Part shown: positions 48,647 through 64,000 of the stretch, in pieces | Position numbering within the stretch: position 1 is the first letter of the stretch | How the letters are laid out: each line of letters starts with the position of its first letter | Source: Marsupella aquatica | Taxonomy: Eukaryota > Plantae > Marchantiophyta | DNA: 64,000 bases | Direction: 5' to 3' | Assembly (NCBI GenBank): GCA_973895155.1 | Contig: OZ316897.1 | Coordinates: 22,047,455 to 22,111,454 of the forward strand | The notes under the pieces: model-generated | Seen by the model: the letters and a program-made list of their open reading frames with translations, nothing else | The model's database searches: none | What the model was told of the DNA's origin: nothing | Translations under genes and position numbers: made by a program

Positions 48647-50476
48647 CAGTGGCATTCTTCTTGGGGAACCCGGAGATTGCTGCCGTTGAACTTGTAGCTG
48701 CTGAAGGAAGCGCAAGCAGCCATCAATCAATCTGGTCAAGGAATTCTGCTAAATATTGCAGAGCATTGGAGTTTTTCCCCGTGGTGTTGTGTGTAATATA
48801 TTAGAGCTTCGCTATTTTGATGGCGATGGCTCGTTCCCAAAAGCGCTCTATACGAATAACTCGTTGAACTCTTGTCTGCTTTAGTGGGTGTTTTGATTCC
48901 TTGGTTTTAAACGGTACTGCGGGAGTCGCCATAATGTGGCTCAAGGTCGATCGATCAAACGACCAATCGAGCCTGCACGGCATCAAAAAAATCTTCGGTA
49001 CTCTCCTCGAATTCATCGTGCAGCCCTGCTTCGCTAATTTTAGATCTGAGAGCAGCTCGGGATCGGGTCGTCGAAAACTGTGTCATTATCTGTCACACAA
49101 TATTAGTGGGACCGATGCAATTTCTTGAATATTAGTGTGATTAAACGCCCCATTATGGAATTTATATTAGCCGGCTGTGCACTGAAATGATACGGAGGAT
49201 CTGCATATGCTTCTGGATTCTGGAAGCTGCCCTCTCGAAGAAACATGGGTAACCTACCAAAGCACTCAGCGTTTATCTTATAGATCGACATCTCAAGGTG
49301 ACGTTTGTTCCGTACATCACCTTGCTAGCTCAACACAGGCAGGCGCTGTTTTCTTTGTGACAGATCATATATTTGGTGTTTTAGATATCAATAAACAAAA
49401 ATTCCCTGTCAACATTATTCCGAATTCACAGTTGTTTCGTCCTGCCCAGTTTCTCATTCTTTGATCATTCTGTGTATTCTTTCCGCTGGCTCGACACGAA
49501 TCGGATGAACCGCAAAAGATTATGCACATTGTTTGCTTGCCCAGATGGTGAACTTCGGCATCGAGGACAAGCGTTGAGTTTGATCCGAAATATGGTGGCA
49601 GGGGTGTAAACAAATGATGTCTCTTCAATTTTATGCTGGACCCAACATGTCTTTCACCGCAGTCCACTCAAGTAGCTGAATTGATGACAGAAGATTGAAT
49701 GGAGAATAATAATTGTAGTAGTAGTCATGAAAGTAAACTGTATTACACGTCTGCACGTTCCATGCTGCTGGATCCACTGTTGTTTCTTGCTTGCTCCTCA
49801 GGTAAGCATTCGTTCCAAGTGACAACTACTGTATTACTTCTTCTATTAATATCCTCATTGAAAAGCCTTTACATCAATCTGCATTTGGGGACATACATGT
49901 CAGACGACAGTGGCGAACATTCTCGGGCTCAGTCCGCCAATTCAATGGCGAATGAGCCAGTGTCGTAGACTGTAGCCTCGTTGCCGTATAGCAAATGACT
50001 ACATGTGGTTGAAGTGACTCATAAAGCTGGCAGATGGAGTCGATTGCTCGTTTTCATTTGTCGTTGGACACAGTGAAATAATTGTCCTGTACTTGAGGTT
50101 TGATCTGATGTTAAAATTCCCGCTCTGCCAGTCTGGTCAATTTTGGTAATTTGTAACGACGTACACACTGTGATAAATGTGCCCAGCTCCTGAGAATGCA
50201 GATGTCTATCTGCTTCTAGACAACCGGTGAGCAGCGGACCAATTATTCCTGTTCTAGCGTGTAAATGTAGCAAAAGTCTCTTTCAAAGTTACCTATCAAG
50301 CTGTAAAATCATTTGACAGCATCTGGCTAAGGAAGGCAGTAGTTCTCACAGACAGTCTGTACGCAGTACCATGACGAGGATTCAAGACATTGACTGGTGT
50401 TTAAGTCATTCATGGAGATTGGTAATTTCCCCGTACGAATGCCATGATCACGTAATTCCTAGGATTTCATGATGGA

Positions 50477-50693
50477 CGAGCCCTATGCCCGTGCTTTTGC
50501 ACGGTGCAATGAGGGCTGGCCCACAGGGCCGGGGGGTTGAGAGGCAAGAGAGGGCAAGTGGTAATCTAATCGAATGGATACAAAAATACTCTAAAATATG
50601 TAACGGCCAGTTTTGATTCCCGCCAATTCTATATTTGGTTTGGTAACTGGATGAAGGACGAAAAAAGGCGGGATCATTTATTATAGTTGTAGA
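50477..50693 (-). mobile_element. Small non-autonomous Helitron-like element (217 bp)
   Basis: The minus strand starts A|TCTACAACTATAATAAA. A subterminal hairpin CCGTGC-AAAA-GCACGG is followed by CTCG|T, one mismatch from CTAG. It sits between A and T with no TSD. Confidence 0.65.
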
Positions 50694-52397
50694 TGTATTG
50701 ATCATTGAATTCGTTCGCAAGCTGCTAAGCAGCAAATTGCGAATAAGGAAAAAAATAAATTCTACTGATACGAGCTTCAAGGCAGCTAAGAAGATCGCGA
50801 AGATCAAGGGAACAATAAGAAGCGAAGAACCAATACAGTCGTCGTTCTCCAAGTGCACACTCCCAGGAAGGCGCATCCGGTGTGCATCTAACGCGGGTTT
50901 ACACAACCTGATACTTCAAAAACGTGGAATTGTGCATTTGAGATTGAGTTTTCCAGAAACGAGGACGAAGGGATTGCCGTGCGTGTATCGTTCCAACCTT
51001 TCAGTATGTCTACCGCCAAGTCGATCTGTTGGCACCACTCGATCGATGTCGGAATTGCGTGTAGGATTTTCGGGGTAGGACTTCAATTGAGCATAAATCT
51101 AAGGTCTACTGGGATACCGCCTTAATCGAACAAATTTCGAGTTTGCCTCAGACAGTCGGATATCCAGAACAATCTCCTTGCAATTTGATCTTCCCACGGT
51201 CAGACCTTTTCCTTTCAATCGAAATCGCTTAGATTTTTTGAGGATGGACGATGTGCTTGAATAGGAGATGGACCTGCTGTTGAGCTTCTTGTGAACGCTT
51301 GATCTGGAGGGGGTTGGAGTATTGTAGACGCCATCAAAGCTTAGATTGGCTTTCTAAACATGACTCTCAACAGAACGACTTTGAACAAAACTGCAGAACC
51401 GAGGTCGAGAGCCAGTTAGGGTCGATAAGGTTCCCCTATGTGGGAAGTAGGCTGAAACCTACAGACGGATCTCCTAGTGCTCTCTTTCAGATTGAGTAGA
51501 CTATTCGGTTCCGTTCGGGAGGTAGGCTGAAACCAATGTCGGAGCTCTGAATGTTCTGTTCAGATTGCGTGTGCATTCGGATGCTCAACTTATGTTCCGT
51601 GCAGGTTGCTTGAGTAATTACGGTCAGTCTTCTCTTATGAAAGGTACATTGTCGAGTCTCGTATCAAGAAGGATCGAACGAATGTGGAATTTGCTAGAAA
51701 AATGCATGAAACTTACAGACATTGAATTTTCCTTGAATTCCCCTGCACTTCCCGTCAACAAATTTGATTCAAAGCGTTTTCAACTCAGCACAGATTACAT
51801 TGGTGCGGAATGACCGCCAAATAGACAATGAGGTCCAGCCTGATATAGCGAGCTGGAATGACATGTAGTACGAAATCCTTCAGAAACTAGATTTCCCTCA
51901 GTTTCCATGGAAAATCCAGTTTGTAAATGGGTGTTGCGCCAGCCTTCTGATTGGCCACACCGGATCTGATGGGCCATCCAGCTAACTCGTTACCTCCAGA
52001 TTTCAGCTACTCTGCAACACCTTCAGCTCGTAACTATCAGCATTGAGCGTTGTCGTTGTATCTTCAGTCCGCTCATTTCTTCTACAGACTTTAGTGTCGT
52101 CATTCAAATCGACGAGCTTCATTACTCCAGCCACTCAGAGTACTTTATGAATTACACCGTCTTAAAATCAAGTGCCTCAGTTCCCTATGCGAGCTTCTAG
52201 GTCAGGGCATGACAAGCCATCGAATGAATCTTAGGCTCTTTTTTATTTTGACTGATCGTTTGGCTAATTTGCTCTCTTCTTCTTTGGCCCAAAGGCATGA
52301 GGTGCGACATACCCCTCGGCAACAAAACCTTGACTTGTCTTTTCAATCCCTTGTCCATGCGTTATGTTGTGCTTGGACGGCGTTGTACCAACACACT

Positions 52398-56548
<4,151 letters not shown>

Positions 56549-59500
56549 GGAAAAACTCTGAATTTCTGGCTGTGAACGTATCCTTCGCTGTGTATAAGAA
56601 AATGCAATGCGTTGGTAACTTCAGCTCTGATGCGTCAAATTTACGCCCCCAGTGCTTTGATCACGCGTTGCGGAAATTGAAAAAAGGCCAAAGAGATAGC
56701 GGCACCAATCAGCGTAATGCCTCGTTTCTGCATACGATTCATAGAAGGGGTAACGAATTTGGCCGGAAAGAATGTGATCATTTCGAGACGAGATTGCGCT
56801 AGAAATTTGGTCAGCATTGAGAACAATTGCGAACATGCATCCAAATATATAGAACATAGCCTGCAAGAACCTCACTGCACCCACATAGCTACATTCCCGT
56901 TCTTAGAATATTCACGCAGGGAGCATTACAGCACGATAATGAAGTTCTTAAATATTGAGGCAAACTCGGGAGCAGGTGAACTACAGATGACTGACAGAAA
57001 ACAGAACCGTCCAGGATAATCACTAAAGGGATCGGGAAACAGAGGGTCGTTAGTTCGTATGGAATACCACAAACGCCATGAAAGTAAACAACCTACATAA
57101 CCAATTAACGAGAAAAGGATCATTATATTCAGGAGGGGAAATTGTGTGGACAGTCCAGTCGGGCTCAGAAATGAACCATAAATTGCATCAAACCGAGCTA
57201 TAATCGTTCAATCGAGCAGGGAATTGAAGAGCTTGAATACTACCAACGCCGGAAGCTTGTCCACATGGCCCACTCCGACGTCAAGTTTGGGAAGGGAGAA
57301 ATGAGCTGCTACATTGAAGTGTACAAATCTCTTACAGCCCACTCCGACTCAATGTTGGGAAGGGAGTAATGCGTGCTACATTGAACTGTACATTCAAATC
57401 TCTTACCCTGGGGGGCGGAGGGAGCTGTGAAGTCGAGAATGAAGTGCACTCTGGTTGCCTTCTTCCCCGGAACTACAAACTGTGTGTCCGAGATCATTCA
57501 CCTTAGTGAGGCACATCGTATTAATTGCAAGTGTTCGATTATTTATCTCATCCTTCCGCTCTCACCACTACCAACACTGCTTACGTACAGTAGATTCCGA
57601 GGGCACCAGACTTTTATTATGGGCTCTACCGAAAGTATGTTTTTGGAGTAAGAATTATGTGTTTCTCTTTTTACGTAAGAATTACGTCCTTCTCTAGCTG
57701 GTCCGAGCTGCAGTACTGTACTGGATGTTCTAGAATCATTATGAAGCGGACCAATTTGTTGCAATTGACTTCTCGTCTGTAGCTACTGTCATTCTACTTA
57801 TCAACTTGATGTCAGTCGACTTAATTATAGATTAGCTTGAACAGTCAGAGCTACACCTGAGTTTGCTCTGCTGAGTGTACACTCAGGACTGTGGTCCTAC
57901 GTACAATGCTCAGGGAGAACTCAACTTCTTTGTAATTTTCTGTGATCCCAGATAGAAGAATCAATCTGTGAGCATTTCTTTTCTTGGAAAAGGCGCACTA
58001 AACAGATTGACGCAGACCAATTTCCGAACATGGGGCCAAACCTGAGTACAATGGAGTAAAAGCAAACGAGGTCCAGTGGACGAAAAACACCTTACAATGC
58101 AACACCCAAAAAGCTAGAAAGAGTAAAAAGGAGTTAAATTTGTATCACTGCAACATTGTGTTGAGCTACTTGTCTACTAAAGGACGATGCTGCAATATCT
58201 TTGCAATTTTTGTATGATGATTGTCCTCTCGTGCGTGCTATTAATCGGTGATACTATAATGGCGACTAGAAGTAAATAAGCCGCCCATATTTCATAAAAA
58301 AAATGCAAAATTAAAACGAAAATGACGCACTTCGTAGAAAGAATTAACCTTGCTTAATCAAGGGGAACTGGCAGAAAAACGAAGCTGATCTAACGCCCTG
58401 ATCTATGGAATAATGGAAATGCTGAAACAAGCACCATCATTACTATGAATTGAGAGGACAAAAAAACATCAACGCTTTGATGGGAAGATTGGGCTGTGAC
58501 TCATCGTCATGGGCACCAGCTCGAAAAAAACAATGCAGCTCACAACCTGCAAACCACCTTCCTCTATGTTTCAAGCCGAGTTCCAATTATTGGAGAACAT
58601 TCACTACAGTACAAGGCCCAAGAGGGCCTGGCAGAGCAACATGCTGTACTGTTAGGCCAGATAAAGACATTAATTTTCATTTGGACCAGTTAAGTCTTTT
58701 TCTTTAACGCCAGGGGCCATTACAAAATAGGCCCCTGACACCAACGCCCCTGTTTCATTTGCATTGGTCAATAGCAGATCTGTCCAGTTGGTTTAAGTGA
58801 ACAGTATGACCCTGGTGCAAATAATATATCACGTGCTCTAGAACACTGTTGGGTTGCTTATTAAAGAATAGGAACTAATTTTAGATGGGGTTCCTTGGAA
58901 CATAAATCGAGGTGATGTACATTCTGAGCCATAAATTCTCCATTCTGGTGAAGCAGTGAGATGATCACGTTGATACTCCAAACCGGTTACCCAATGTCTC
59001 TTTCATATGGTAAAGTGCAGTACTATACTTGTAGGCATCCAGGTGATTTAATAAGTACCATAAAGTCTCAGTGATCTACAGTAACAAAACAATCCCGTTT
59101 ATCCTGGTATGGATATCAGTCCAACCTGTGGGCACATGCCAGATGACACAAACACATTTGCCTCAGTTTTGATTTCCATTTACCAGAAAAACATTTTAGC
59201 TTGGAAGATAGGTTTGACCAACAGTGTTCCTTTTGTAATTACTACCAAGTGTCCTACTCTTACATCTGGTAAAGCGCACTCTTATAGCTTGGAAGATAGG
59301 TTTACACTCCATTGAGGCTGGTGTATCGCACACCTTGAAGGAGGGCATTGTGTACTACCTTGGACCAGTGTAGGCTGTACCATACCTTACTTTGGCATTG
59401 CCGGTACTTCTGTAAGGGGCATATGTACATGCAAGATGACAGGTCCGACGCAATCTGACGGATGCAGTAAATTGTGTTTTTAACGAATGGTCACGATTGC

Positions 59501-59737
59501 ATCTTGCTCTTTGTCACTTTTTATAAGGGGACGAAAGACTACTTGGTCTCAAGACCAAGCTCTTGGTCTTAAAACCGAGTAATTGACCAGCAATTGGAAG
59601 AAGCTTGCTACTTTTCTCGCTTCTTCTTTGGCCCAAATGCGAGATCCGCCTGGAAACGAAATCCTTGACTTGACTTGCAATCCCCTGTCCATGCGCTCTG
59701 CTGTGCTTGGACGGCATTTCTCTTGTACCATCACACT

Positions 59738-63859
<4,122 letters not shown>

Positions 63860-64000
63860 GGGAAAGCTCTAAATTTCTGGCTCTGTTCTTCGCTGTGTAT
63901 AATAAAATTTCAATGGGTTGGTGAGTTTGGCTCTTAAATAAACGTAAGGGATGTCATCCCCGCTGAAGTGAGCGCGCTGATTAAAGAGTAGAACTTACAC

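Overview
Land-plant nuclear DNA with GT-AG spliced genes in AT-rich, repeat-rich intergenic sequence. A non-seed plant is likely, but that is inference. Left to right: a ~4.5 kb tandem duplication carrying an intronless gene with two ABI3-like B3 domains and a rearranged, B3-less second copy; an orphan ~293-aa gene that looks fungal-like; a 6-exon SGNH/IAH1-type esterase frameshifted by a deletion of its block III G-x-N-D motif; an intronless, GC-rich GNAT acetyltransferase resembling ascomycete proteins (HGT candidate) with a long-TIR DNA transposon upstream; an NPF/PTR transporter; an alpha-expansin; and two tandem, intact 13-exon GH1 beta-glucosidases that differ mostly around the substrate pocket. 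Solo LTRs, a small Helitron-like element and several minisatellites are also present. No rRNA, tRNA or CRISPR features were seen. The most novel signals are the two fungal-like genes within ~7 kb and the dual-B3 gene with its truncated paralog. All homology statements come from motif recognition and memory, not from database searches.
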